NCBI GenBank assembly: GCA_040285825.1
Contig: JAUPSS010000002.1
Location: forward strand, 2,914,001 to 2,978,000
Direction of reading: 5' to 3'
Length of the DNA stretch: 64,000 bases
From: Eukaryota sp. TZLM1-RC
Taxonomy: Eukaryota > Protista > Metamonada: BaSk clade
Positions 53,217 through 64,000 of this stretch are shown piece by piece; positions within the stretch are counted from its first letter, which is position 1, and every line of letters begins with the position of its first letter. Under the pieces are notes generated by a model. That model was not told the origin of the DNA. It searched no databases and was given only the letters and a program-made list of their open reading frames with translations. Both the position numbers and the translations under genes were made by a program.

Positions 53217-53883
53217 GAGTTGTACAGTCACCATTCAATGTGGATAAAAGTGCTTTGTTTCAATTTACGTGGGTTTTTGTACATGGAATTGTTTTTGTAC
53301 ATGCAACTATTTATATTTTATATTTATATTTTATATTTTATTCTAAATATAAGATCTTTTAAGAGTCAATGACACCTATATTATTTCGTAAATCAAGCCA
53401 ACCCAATTTGAGTGCTTTTGTTAATTGTGGGTTGTGCTTTTTTTAACCCAACTTGTGGGTTCTATTTTATGCAAAAAATACTTTTCCTAAGATTTTGACA
53501 TCCTATGCCCCTTCAATAAAACTGCCAATATCAAAGACTAGTTTGTTTTCCAAGATTATTTTCAACCAGGATAGTTTTTATTGATTTTTCTCAGATGTCA
53601 AGGTCTAACATAAAGAGTTGTAAATTTCTGTTCAAAACGTGTTAAAAATGCCTTTTGGGAAATTTTCTGAATCTTTAGCAATTAATTGTATTGATGTAGG
53701 GGAGGCAAATTTTGAGGATTCGGAGCTTTAGTTGTGTATTTGATGATTTTTGATTCCTTATTCGCTAAATTCATAAATTTTTTTAAAAAACGTGTAAAGT
53801 GTTATAGCGTTGCTTTTTAGTTATCTGCTATGATCGAAATGACAAGATTCTACAAAATAAATGTTGTGTTTACTTACCACCTC

Positions 53884-55482
53884 TCACCTTTGATGTACAG
53901 GTTCTCTACGTTGCTCTCGGATAATGTACTGATCGCGAACTTTGCCAATCTTAATTGATGCTGAATTGCTCCTATCACGGGAATCTTTGGCAGTGACATG
54001 TAATATTCCATCCGAATCAATGATCATTGTTATTCTGATCATAGCTTCACCCTTAGGCAAAGGTGGTAGGTTTCGAATAATAAAAGTATCTAAAAAGGAG
54101 TTTAAAGAGATTATAGAGGCCTCACCTTGATACACATCTACCGTTATGGATGTTTGATAGTCAAATGCAGTCATATAAACGTCCTCAAATTTACACGGAA
54201 TCTTGGAGTTTCTGGGAATCAGAATGCTCATTGTGTTCTCTTCAGTGGTTGCAGAGCTAGAAACGACTTTGATTCCTAGTGAATGAGGATTCACGTCAAA
54301 CAGTATGTGCTTATGACAGACAGCAGATCCCACAGCTACTGCCTCATCAGGGTTCATGGTTTGTCTAACTTTCCCTTTGAATTTAGAGTTAAGAAGCTCT
54401 TGAATTTTGGTAAGGCGAGAGCTTCCCCCAACAAGCTGTACTATATCAATGTCCTTTGGTTGTAGTTTGGTGTTTACGAGCAGTTCATCAACTATTGAAA
54501 TGCATCTCGAATAAAGCGTCTGGCATAAACTGTTGAGCTGGTCTCTTGTGAAAACAATCTCCAAGTCCTGACCATCTGCATAGCAGTCAACTTCTATTTC
54601 AACTTCATCTCTTCCCATGAGAGATTCTTTTGCACGCTGTACTTCAACTCGTAACATTTCCTTCTTCTTCTCAGTAGGTTGTTTGTTAGTAGAGCTATCC
54701 ACGGCAAAGTTTTTGATACAGTGTTCCATGATTTTGTAGTCAATGTCACCTCCCCCGAGGTCTGTAGCTCCGTGAGTTCCCAAGACTGTGACGTGTTCCC
54801 TCTCAATTTTCACAATGGAAACATCGAACGTTCCACCTCCAAAGTCAAACACTAAAACACGTTTACCAATTGTCGTTGGATCTTCCTCCTTCAGCGCTAA
54901 TGCAGCAGACGTGGCCTCATTGAGCAAGCGAACCTCTTGGAAACCAGCAGCTCTGGCAGCAGCCATTGTTGCTTGGCGTTGAGAGTCCTCAAAATATGCG
55001 GGAACAGTGATGACGGCCTTGGTGATTGATGGAACACCTAGAGCATGACTTGCATAGTCACGAACATAAGAGAGCACTTTTGCAGCAACTTCTTCTGGTC
55101 TCAATTTGATTTTTTGGTTTTGATGGGTTACTTCAAAGGCCACATTGTTGGAAAACACTCCATCTTTAGTGATCTTGAAAGGATATCTGGTGGATTCAGT
55201 GGCTGCCTGAACGATTGGATCCGAGTAACGTCTGCCAATAAACCTTTTTGCTTCAAAAATAGTGTTTGTGGCATTCTTCTTGCGACCTTCCTTAGCTTGA
55301 ACTCCAACAAGCTCTTGTCCTTTGTCTAATGCCACCATTGATGGAATTAGTTTCTGTCCGGTCATAAAGTCTGTCAAAACTTCTGTTGAGAAAAACAATT
55401 CTCCATTAGGTGAACGCTTCTGCCGATGAACAGCTACACACGTGTTGGTTGTACCCAAGTCTATTCCCAGTGTTATGGACAT
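53884..55482 (-). CDS. Divergent Hsp70 lacking the helical lid and EEVD (copy 2)
   Basis: Same motifs as copy 1, with LNEATSAAL replacing INEPTAAAL; N-terminal half near-identical to copy 1, C-terminal half diverged. Confidence 0.92.
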   Translation of the reverse strand: MSITLGIDLGTTNTCVAVHRQKRSPNGELFFSTEVLTDFMTGQKLIPSMVALDKGQELVGVQAKEGRKKNATNTIFEAKRFIGRRYSDPIVQAATESTRYPFKITKDGVFSNNVAFEVTHQNQKIKLRPEEVAAKVLSYVRDYASHALGVPSITKAVITVPAYFEDSQRQATMAAARAAGFQEVRLLNEATSAALALKEEDPTTIGKRVLVFDFGGGTFDVSIVKIEREHVTVLGTHGATDLGGGDIDYKIMEHCIKNFAVDSSTNKQPTEKKKEMLRVEVQRAKESLMGRDEVEIEVDCYADGQDLEIVFTRDQLNSLCQTLYSRCISIVDELLVNTKLQPKDIDIVQLVGGSSRLTKIQELLNSKFKGKVRQTMNPDEAVAVGSAVCHKHILFDVNPHSLGIKVVSSSATTEENTMSILIPRNSKIPCKFEDVYMTAFDYQTSITVDVYQGEASIISLNSFLDTFIIRNLPPLPKGEAMIRITMIIDSDGILHVTAKDSRDRSNSASIKIGKVRDQYIIREQRREPVHQR

Positions 55483-55557
55483 GGAAACAAGCAAGATGAC
55501 CAACTGTTAAATTTTACGATATCACCAAAAAGAGATCACCACATTTAGGTATCATCA

Positions 55558-58392
55558 ATGTTACTCCTCTCCATAGACATTGGTGCTAGTGCCATTACTT
55601 TGGCATTGCAACATGACAATCAGCTCAAGGTTCTCCAACTCAAAAATGGACAGAATTTCCTTTCAAATTTGCTAGTTCATGATTGTGGAGAAACGTTTAT
55701 GGGACAAGATGCTGAAAGGAAGGTAGCAAAGCATGCAACCAACTCCTTCTTTGCTGTTACCCATCTGATCGATGGTGTTCTCCCTCCAAATTCTACGTTA
55801 GCCAACAATGTCACTGTTAAAGACAATAAGTTCTGCTTTACGATCACCTCAGCTGACGAATGCAAGACCTTTTCATCATCACATCAGGAAATGCTCAACC
55901 TTGTTGTTAGTCACATCAAGGATGAATTGATCGCTTTATTACAAAGTTCTACGTTCAGAATCAGAATTGTTCTTCCCAAGGCTCTTGATCAGCACAAGAA
56001 GATGTTGGAAACGGCTTTTAGCGAAAACAAACTGCCCGTGGAATGTTTCGTCCCCACAACACTTGCCCTGATTCACTCATTTATGTACAAATCATTAGAT
56101 AGTTCTAGAGAAGAGACAGTCGCCATTATTGACGTAGGTGAAGCAGTGACCAACTTGGTGGTGTTCCAACATAAAAAAGGACAGTTCAAAGTGTTGGTTG
56201 AGCATGAATTTTGGTTTGGAGGAAGGAACATTGATGAGAAAATCTACGATTATTGCATGGGTAACGTTCCTGAACAAATGAAGGACCAACTGACTGAGAA
56301 ATCCAAGGTTAAACTTTGGAAAGCTTGCTCCAAAGTAAAAACGTTATGTTACCTTGAAGAAATTGTAGTAGATGACTTAATTCGAGGTTACGACCTTGAT
56401 CTACCATTTTCTTGGGAAAATATGGGAAACTTGATCAAGGATTTGCTCAAAAAGTTTCGTTCTGAATTAGTAGTTGTCTTTCAATCAATACAAACAAGGG
56501 GAATTTGCATTGACAAGGTCGTTCCCACTGGTAGACTTGTCCACTTTAGAGCTGTTTATGATACTGTGAAGGAAGCTGCTGGTGGTCTTAATCTTTCTAC
56601 TACCCTTGATACGTCTAATGATGTAGCATGTGGTGGATTGCTGTTCACTAAAGGTCGAAAAGTTGCTTATTCACGACGCTCAATGTTGCTTGAACTACCA
56701 AACAACACCGAAGTGGAGAACCATGGAGAGATTTCTGTAGAGACCAACTGCAGCTCTAATGTCACCCAACTATCAAATTCACCCAAGGTGGAAAGTGACA
56801 CTGACAGCGATATCATCGATGTAAACAAAAAACAAAAGAACTCTGGAAATGGTTTACATCAATCTGCCACTGAATGTTGTTTAGAAACAGTTGATAAAAA
56901 GCAAGATTCTACAACAACCAAAGCAAGTAGTAATAAGATTGGAGCGACTCACACCACAGAAAAACAGCTGTACCCTAATCAGAGCACTCAATGTTCCCCC
57001 GATCTGCTTTCAAAACCAACAAAGACTAAAACAAATTATAATTGTACTGAAAATCGTTTAGAGGTGTGCCAAACGGTACACATTGAACATTGTGTGCAAG
57101 AGCTTCCGAGAGAGAAAGTACATTTGGAGCAAAAACTTGCAGCGATGTCAACTGATCTATCCAAGCTCCTAGAAGAAAATACACTGTTGACACAGCAGTT
57201 GAAGGAAAAGGATAGCTTCGCTCATAATATGGGGTTAGTTATTGAATGCTTGAATGAAGAGACACAAGCTCTTAAAATCCATAAGGACAAAGCATTTATT
57301 GAACTTGAAAAAGTACGGCAAGAACACAGGAAGATGAAACAAGCAAACGAACGATTGCTACAAAAGGTTTTGGTCAAAGATCAGGAAATTTCTCATTTAA
57401 AAGAACAGAATCAAGAACTGAAGTGGCAGTTGAACAAACAGGCTTATTCACACGAAATACAACCTCGACTTGAACGAAAAAACAACAAGTTGAATGATGA
57501 ATCAACAACACTGAAGCACCAACTAGTGGTCAGCGCACAAGTTGATTCAAAACCTGGACTTGCTACTGATGAGCAAAGGACTTTACGAAATCAAGCTTTG
57601 GTACACCACAATGAACACTTCACTGATGAACACCAGTCTAGTCTTGCTTTAAAGGATGTCAAAGGTAAAGGGCTGGCAAGTGATCATATTAAATCAACAT
57701 TGAGGAATCATGTGGGTATTTTGAGTGAAACATGCTCACGTGCTAAGGGACACATTTCATTACACAAGAGTGGCAGCTGCTGCATAGTAGACTATTTAGA
57801 AGTACTGTCACAAAGCGTGTCAGCAATTGAACACTGTTTGAATGGAGACTTGAATGTAACCTCTTTGATGAAAGGAACACAACAAACATCAGAAAACGAA
57901 CTATCCCCCCCAATGGTGACGAAAGCATCCATTGAGCGTGCGACAGTCCCCAAACACAATATCTTGTCTGAAATGACAGTCGCAATACGCTTAATCAATA
58001 CCAATTTTGATTGGACTCTGTATGATTTTGTTGTAAGTTTAGAAGGTCCATGTGTACGACCATTCAATTATAAGTTTACATTCCCAGATCAGCTTGTGCA
58101 TACCTTTGATATATGTCAAGTAATATCAACTGAATTACCCTCAAACGGTAACCTTTACATTGGCGATTGCTTCGTAGTACTCTCTATTAAGAGTGAAAGA
58201 TCTAACATCGTTGGCAAAATTCCTTTGCAAAGTCTATGGGCAGCAAGGATTCAATATTTTACTTTTACAGACCCATCAATTCCAAAAATACATGTCACTC
58301 TCAGTTCCAATTGTGATCTAAAAAGTTATTTCTGTCAAATCCGTGGTGAGTGCAGTAGGAGACATCAATCTTATAGACGGAAATTTGTGTAA
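55558..58392 (+). CDS. Degenerate Hsp70-like NBD plus low-complexity linker, coiled coil and possible C2-like beta domain (944 aa)
   Basis: First ~330 aa near-identical to 50190-51542; heptad-rich region around aa 520-650; beta-rich C-terminus (VVLSIK..IVGKIPLQSL..IHVTLS). Confidence 0.72.
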   Translation: MLLLSIDIGASAITLALQHDNQLKVLQLKNGQNFLSNLLVHDCGETFMGQDAERKVAKHATNSFFAVTHLIDGVLPPNSTLANNVTVKDNKFCFTITSADECKTFSSSHQEMLNLVVSHIKDELIALLQSSTFRIRIVLPKALDQHKKMLETAFSENKLPVECFVPTTLALIHSFMYKSLDSSREETVAIIDVGEAVTNLVVFQHKKGQFKVLVEHEFWFGGRNIDEKIYDYCMGNVPEQMKDQLTEKSKVKLWKACSKVKTLCYLEEIVVDDLIRGYDLDLPFSWENMGNLIKDLLKKFRSELVVVFQSIQTRGICIDKVVPTGRLVHFRAVYDTVKEAAGGLNLSTTLDTSNDVACGGLLFTKGRKVAYSRRSMLLELPNNTEVENHGEISVETNCSSNVTQLSNSPKVESDTDSDIIDVNKKQKNSGNGLHQSATECCLETVDKKQDSTTTKASSNKIGATHTTEKQLYPNQSTQCSPDLLSKPTKTKTNYNCTENRLEVCQTVHIEHCVQELPREKVHLEQKLAAMSTDLSKLLEENTLLTQQLKEKDSFAHNMGLVIECLNEETQALKIHKDKAFIELEKVRQEHRKMKQANERLLQKVLVKDQEISHLKEQNQELKWQLNKQAYSHEIQPRLERKNNKLNDESTTLKHQLVVSAQVDSKPGLATDEQRTLRNQALVHHNEHFTDEHQSSLALKDVKGKGLASDHIKSTLRNHVGILSETCSRAKGHISLHKSGSCCIVDYLEVLSQSVSAIEHCLNGDLNVTSLMKGTQQTSENELSPPMVTKASIERATVPKHNILSEMTVAIRLINTNFDWTLYDFVVSLEGPCVRPFNYKFTFPDQLVHTFDICQVISTELPSNGNLYIGDCFVVLSIKSERSNIVGKIPLQSLWAARIQYFTFTDPSIPKIHVTLSSNCDLKSYFCQIRGECSRRHQSYRRKFV

Positions 58393-59098
58393 GTAGAGCT
58401 GTCATGATGTGAATAAAGTATTCGGGTCAATTTGACAATCTTTTACACCACATTTGGCTCATGGATGTGACTATCTTTGCACACACAAAATTTTCAAATT
58501 AAGCTCACCCTAAATGTTCTTAAACAATGATTGATGGACAAGCCATGAATTTAATTTTAGGACAATGTCCAACCAGCATCATTTTTTGAACCACACAGTT
58601 GTTTCAAATTTGATGCAATCAATACAGGAATTAGTAAGGTGTGCAAGAATTAATTATAATTATCAGCTTTCTGTAGCAACTTTCGGTAGCAGCTGATTGA
58701 ATGCTTGTATACAATGAATTATGTGTTGCAGAGAATTACTTTATAAAATGTATTTCAAATCAAACTTCTTGTATCCAAGCCAGGTGATGTCACCATTATT
58801 ATTAAAGTATCAGCAAAGTCGTCAACTATTGTATGGTTTTAACTGATAATGTTATGATTTCTGACTTTCTGAAATTTGTTCTAAATTGAACAAGAAGGTA
58901 ACCAAAGTTAAAGAAATTATCTCGTATGATAGGTCGAAATTAAATGTCTTCGCTGAAAAACAAAATCTAGATTATATTCAAAGTAAAAGTTTACAATATA
59001 GTTCAAATAATCTAACCCCACAATAACTAACCAAAATCATTCACTACCAGAACAACAACAAATTATTATTATTTTAATTAATTTTTAATTAATTTTTT

Positions 59099-60952
59099 CT
59101 ACAAACTAAATATCCTCACAGAGCAATCATTACCAGCTGTTACAATCAATGATGCACTAGAATGACAAGAGATACCCCAAATACCAGCATCGCAACTACT
59201 TACATGATGAGAGGCAACATTACCAATCATTTTACTATCCAAACCAGTCAACCTCAGTGTACAATCATGACCAGCAGAAACAATAATAGATGGGTTAGCG
59301 TTGAGAAACCCTACATCAGAGCAGGTGACAGAATGAACCTGTTTCACCCACACCACCTTAGGACCTCTTGCATCAATGAGAGCAACACTTCCATCTGACA
59401 GAGATGCAGCAAGAAGACACGTCTTAGGATGTGCTGTAAGTGAAGTTACTGTGACATCTGGTGATGAAACGGGAATTTCAACCGAATAAGTGACTTCTAA
59501 TTTGCTTAAATCAATTAAATAAACCATATTTCTACATGCTACTGATAATAAGTGAATATAAAATGGCATAAACGAGAGACATCCAAGACCAGGCTCAATA
59601 TTGACAACAGAAATGCCCTCCGACTGATCAACGTTATCTACAGTAGCTTCATCGGAAACTGATTCAGAACTGCCAGTCAACTTCGACAAGTCCATGATTG
59701 CCACACTACCGTCACTTCCACAGCTAGCTACAATATCATCATGGCACGGATGAACAGCCACATGCCATGCTGCATCTGCGTGCTGAAAGATCTTTGCTTG
59801 GTGGTAAGGAAGCTTATCACCACTGTTAGGGTAAGGTTCTAAAGTATTAGAAAGGTCATAAAGGTGAATTGACCCATCAAGACTACCAGAAATCACTCTA
59901 GTTTCCTTTCTATTAGCAAAAGTTGCAGTTAAACAAGGTGATTCTGAACCCCTTAATATCGCCACAGGTTTAAAATTATTAGTGGATGTAGGCAAAGCCA
60001 CTGAAGCTGACCAGATTTGGATTAAACCATCCTCACCACAAGACAAAAACACGTTGGAACTTGGTGAGAAAGAGACACATCGTACGGGGGACAGGTGGCC
60101 TTTAAGCGAGGAAACGCAATGAAAAAGAGAATAATCTTGTTCAAAGTCCAGTGAAATTTCCAAATCATCAAGTAGGGATATCACATCATCCAGTTGAGAT
60201 GATGACGAAGCTAGTGACGTGGTTTCGGACCCTGATGAGCTGTCAGAGCTGGAAATAGAAACACTGTTGGCGGATGACACATTGACAGGAAAAGAAGTGA
60301 CATCATTAGAGATGCCTTCCTCAAACGACATGTGGTCTACTGGAGTTGAGTAGACAGAAGGAGAATGTGATTCATTAGAGTTGGCAGGAGATGAGGTGGT
60401 AGAGGGAGCTTTTACAAGAGGAGATGAAGGGTCCTGCAGAGGGATGGCTGTGGTGTTGGGGGAGGAAGAGAGGCGGTCACATATGGCAGACCGGTGAGCA
60501 GGGGAGAGACCAAGAGCATGGACGATGGTAGAGACAGCAGACCTGGCAGAGTCAGAAGGGTCCGCCACGAGGAGGCGAAGGACGTCAATAAGAGAGCAGT
60601 TGAGCGAAGGGAAGAGTGAGATTAACTCACGATCAGAAGATGGAATGGCTTGGGGAGTCGCATGGTGAGTAGATTTAGGCATTGTGAGCTCAATAGAAGC
60701 CCGCTGGTTAACCAAAAGCTCCGCATATTGTTGTCGTTCTTGTTGAAGTGTGGATTCAAGCGCTTTAATGTCTCGAACCAGAAGACTGTTAGCCTGGTTG
60801 GCTTTTTCAAGAGCTTGTTGCAGTGTAGAGGCTGTATCTTTGGCATGTTTTTGTTGAGTATCAAAGTCGGCACGTTCTCGTTCTATATTACGAAGTTCAA
60901 GCTGAAGGACTGCTAAAGCTGCAGCGGCACTCAACGGAGCATTTGAGGGCAT
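59099..60952 (-). CDS. STRN: Striatin-like protein (N-terminal coiled coil, C-terminal WD40 repeats)
   Basis: LAVLQLELRNIERERADFD matches the striatin N-terminal coiled coil; WD repeats LKGHLSPVRCVSF..SCGEDGLIQIW, HADAAWHVAVHP, SAGHDCTLRL, TAGNDCSVRIF. Confidence 0.8.
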   Translation of the reverse strand: MPSNAPLSAAAALAVLQLELRNIERERADFDTQQKHAKDTASTLQQALEKANQANSLLVRDIKALESTLQQERQQYAELLVNQRASIELTMPKSTHHATPQAIPSSDRELISLFPSLNCSLIDVLRLLVADPSDSARSAVSTIVHALGLSPAHRSAICDRLSSSPNTTAIPLQDPSSPLVKAPSTTSSPANSNESHSPSVYSTPVDHMSFEEGISNDVTSFPVNVSSANSVSISSSDSSSGSETTSLASSSSQLDDVISLLDDLEISLDFEQDYSLFHCVSSLKGHLSPVRCVSFSPSSNVFLSCGEDGLIQIWSASVALPTSTNNFKPVAILRGSESPCLTATFANRKETRVISGSLDGSIHLYDLSNTLEPYPNSGDKLPYHQAKIFQHADAAWHVAVHPCHDDIVASCGSDGSVAIMDLSKLTGSSESVSDEATVDNVDQSEGISVVNIEPGLGCLSFMPFYIHLLSVACRNMVYLIDLSKLEVTYSVEIPVSSPDVTVTSLTAHPKTCLLAASLSDGSVALIDARGPKVVWVKQVHSVTCSDVGFLNANPSIIVSAGHDCTLRLTGLDSKMIGNVASHHVSSCDAGIWGISCHSSASLIVTAGNDCSVRIFSL

Positions 60953-61107
60953 ATGCTAGAAATTGTTGGTGCGTTTTTCTTGATTCAAATTTCTTGAACT
61001 GTGGTTAATTTTTATGTTGAATACAATTCCCCCAAACATTCCCCAAACAATATGCTATTGTGGATATAATCCCACTGCCCAACCTTTGTTTAAGTCTCTT
61101 TCATCAT

Positions 61108-61232
61108 TTCTGATGCTTTGCTTTTTATTTGGATCTGACTATGAGAAAGTTGGAGCTAGTGTTTTTGTTTTGGAAGAGAAGGATTTTTTAGATGTTGATT
61201 TATAGGTTTTTGATAAAAAAATTAAAAAAAAT
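61108..61232 (+). mobile_element. Very short 3' end of a family-C retrotransposon
   Basis: GSDYEKVGASVFVLEEKDFLDVDL followed by an A-rich tail. Confidence 0.8.
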
Positions 61233-63134
61233 ATACACACCTAACCCATGTTTTGTTTTGAAATATAATGTTTTTATTATTTCGCAAACAGAAAAGCTCT
61301 TTTATATTTACAATAATGTTTTTCGTAAAATATAATTGATTTTGGTGTTTGAGAAACAATGTTGGGACAAGTTTTTTCTTTCCTCCTCTAAAAAGTCAAT
61401 TGTTTTACATTATAAGCCCAGGAGTTTTGGTTTTGTTTTCATTATCACAAATCTGCTGTTTTATTATCTTTTTTATTTAATTAAATTGATTAATTACTGT
61501 TTTTGAGATTAATGTTTCAGTTATCATCCTTTTGATGGTTTAATTGAGAAAATCACCAGACAATAAGCAACGAATATTGAATGACTTGAAACAAAAATGC
61601 TTTAATCTTTTTCATCTGATTCAACACACACTGATGAATTTCCACTGAACCGATGCATCAAACTGATGTTATCAAGAACAGAAAACCTGGTCACTCATTG
61701 TTAGTTACATCTGAATAACACTTTGGAAGAATAACATGTTTCGAATAACACGTATATAATGTGGTATTAGTAAATCAATGGGTGATAGTACTTTTAGGTG
61801 CCAATCTTTAACTAGTGAAATAGGAGACAGTGAAGGTAAATACAAAAGAGACTGTTTGGAGAGAGACGTTCAAAATTGGGACATGTCTGTTTTCAACCTT
61901 TCGAAGATCAATTAGACAGTCAACATGCGTAGACTACGTTTTGCGGGCTGTTTTGCTGTGGTGGTGTCTAGCATGGGGGCATTGATATCTACATCGTCTC
62001 TTAGAAGGGGTGATCCTATACATGTTGGACGACCGTTCACAGTTGATCTGTTGGGACTCCTCCTCTTCCAGTGGATATCTTTCAGTTGCATTTTTTATGA
62101 GCAAATACTTCCATGACAAGATCGCTCTCACCAGAACAATGTTGTCAATCATTACTTTCACTTCTGCACGAATTGTCATGTAATCTGTTGGCCATGATCT
62201 CCAACAGCACAAACCTTTCATACCTGTTCTTCCGGAACAGATCTTCATTACATTCCCTGTACGAATCTCAGCAGTGGTGTTGTTATGGCTAACTGCGATG
62301 ATATGTTTTGTTCTATTTCTCTTTGATTTGGGCATTAAGTTCAAAAAAGATACATTTTTAGCTGCTGGGTTTTTATTTTTTATCAGTTTCTACACTCATT
62401 TCTGATGCGATATTTCCTTGAGATATTGAGCTATTTGCTGATCTTTGTTGCATTTTTCACAATTTCATCAAAACCTGTTCAGTCTCTAGGTTGTGTCCTG
62501 AATGATTAAGAACAATCTTGCAAGTAATTTGAACAAGCAAATGGGAGGGCACCCACTGGCAAAGGATATCATTTGAGGTATCAAACTCCATTCCATATTA
62601 TTCGTTCATGCAACTGATTGAGCCACGCTTCTAAACACAGAGTCGTAAGGTTTGGAATATGAACAATCAACAAATTGATGACAATTAAATACGGTTCTTA
62701 TTTAGACTGTGCTTCTTCAAAACAAAGTGGTTGTATCACTTCGCTCCTTGAGATTTTTGGCTAACAGAATCATTATAAGAACAGTTGTAGTAACTTCATT
62801 TGTTATATTATGTCCCAATTTGGATACTAGCACAAATTCACATGAACAATATGAATAGTATGTCCTCTGGATTTGTTCAAAAACTTTGGATTCGCCCACG
62901 GTTGATTTTAGATTTTCGGTGTCAATTATTCTTGTTTTAAAAATTATAATGTCACTTAAAATCAACTTCAATGTTATAATGTAGAACATGTGGCCAGTTT
63001 TTCTTTCCATTGACACAATCACCAATTTGTTCGTCATCAACAGATAATCCGTTGTTCTTTGCTGTTTTTTATACAAGTATGACCATCCATCTCATGTAAT
63101 TGACTTAGTATTGAGAATATTAAAAACAATTCTA

Positions 63135-64000
63135 TTTTTGACTGGAATTCTTATTGAGAAACAAAACCCCATCTAGAATTCAATATTCTCCAAACAAGCG
63201 TCACTATTACTAAACCTACTCACAGCATTACGTTCATTTTCTACACCAATAGCTAAAAGTGCCTTTGAAATCATTGTTGGAATTGACTTCAAAATGCAAA
63301 AAACAATTCTATTTAACCTGAAAGTGGAATTCATTGTTTTACCAGACCTATTCAGTAACACTTCTTTGAAATTTTCAAAAAAAATGCAACCCTGAAGGTC
63401 CAATATTGCCAAAAAGAGAAATTGCAAACGGTACAAACAGATATTTCACATATTCCACTCTACCTAACTGTGCCAAAGGTTCTTCATATTTTTTATCTTC
63501 TTTTTTTCGGCGTTAGATAACAGCGAATCAGCGGAATACACTAAACGAGCAGCATCATTTTTGCAAACATCAATTGAGACAAGATCCACAACATTGAGAA
63601 CACCATCGATTCCTAGAGCTACTAAATCTGCCCGTCTTTTACCAAAAGAATCATCAGTTTGATCTGAAGACAGCTTATGTACTGATAGCTCAATAAATGC
63701 CTCTATATTGAAACTTTTGCCCATGGCATATAATTGATCACGAACTGAGTCATGAACAAGTGAGCAAAAAGTTATAAAATACTTACAGTTTAAAATATGG
63801 GAAAGCGTAACAACACTCTTGCAGCCACAAATTAAATCATTTGGCAAAGAACAAAGCCATAGAAAACATCTCATTCTCATTGCAGTGGTCCATTGGTGAT
63901 CATTGAGTAGAAGGCCATAAATGTTGGGAATTTGGAAGATTAGGCAACTTGAGCAACTGTCTTCAAGATCAATCAAAAAGTTTGCAAAAACGGGATTTTT
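63135..64000 (-). mobile_element. Family-A CRE-like retrotransposon fragment (runs off the window edge)
   Basis: Near-identical to 29740-30600; CGC..H..C, HDSVRD, RRADLV. Confidence 0.85.

Noticed and set aside
1968-60916. Numerous 60-140-aa ORFs antisense to or overlapping real genes
   Set aside because: Shadow ORFs of the coding strand with no recognisable motifs.
61900-63100. Possible decayed MULE-type transposase (YCSC, HSGH fragments)
   Set aside because: Motifs are too short and scattered, and no TIRs or TSD were found.

Overview
AT-rich, gene-dense eukaryotic nuclear DNA read with the standard genetic code. It looks like a compact protist genome: introns are 28-34 nt, the branch point sits at a fixed distance from the 3' splice site (as in metamonads), and intergenic gaps are short. 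The organism cannot be identified from the sequence alone. Housekeeping genes: eIF2B-alpha, a kinesin, an NTF2-RRM protein, TFIIB, a FRAG1/DRAM-like membrane protein, prefoldin 6, RPL39, RBM34/Nop12, a phospholipase B-like protein, RPN8, RPL24, RFT1 and striatin. Between them lie about 11 kb (hand tally) of 5'-truncated, RLE-bearing CRE-type non-LTR retrotransposons from several families, an internally deleted hAT element (19-bp TIRs, 8-bp TSD), an internally deleted pogo-like element (TA TSD) and two decayed Fanzor (eukaryotic TnpB-like) genes. The most striking feature is hidden across frameshifts at about 32.4-38.8 kb on the minus strand. It is a continuous decayed coding tract running [Cys/His-rich finger-like region] - Ulp1/C48 protease - family-B DNA polymerase 3'-5' exonuclease - Fanzor1. 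The exonuclease is one homopolymer base away from an in-frame fusion with Fanzor, and the Fanzor stop codon overlaps the RPN8 start codon. Other unusual items: an inverted duplication of a head-to-head pair (lid-less Hsp70 plus a catalytically degenerate Hsp70-like protein with swapped C-terminal tails), a prokaryote-defence-type SIR2-like protein, a TPR-less PP5-like phosphatase ending in a CaaX box, a long self-complementary intron, and an RPL24 start codon split by an intron.
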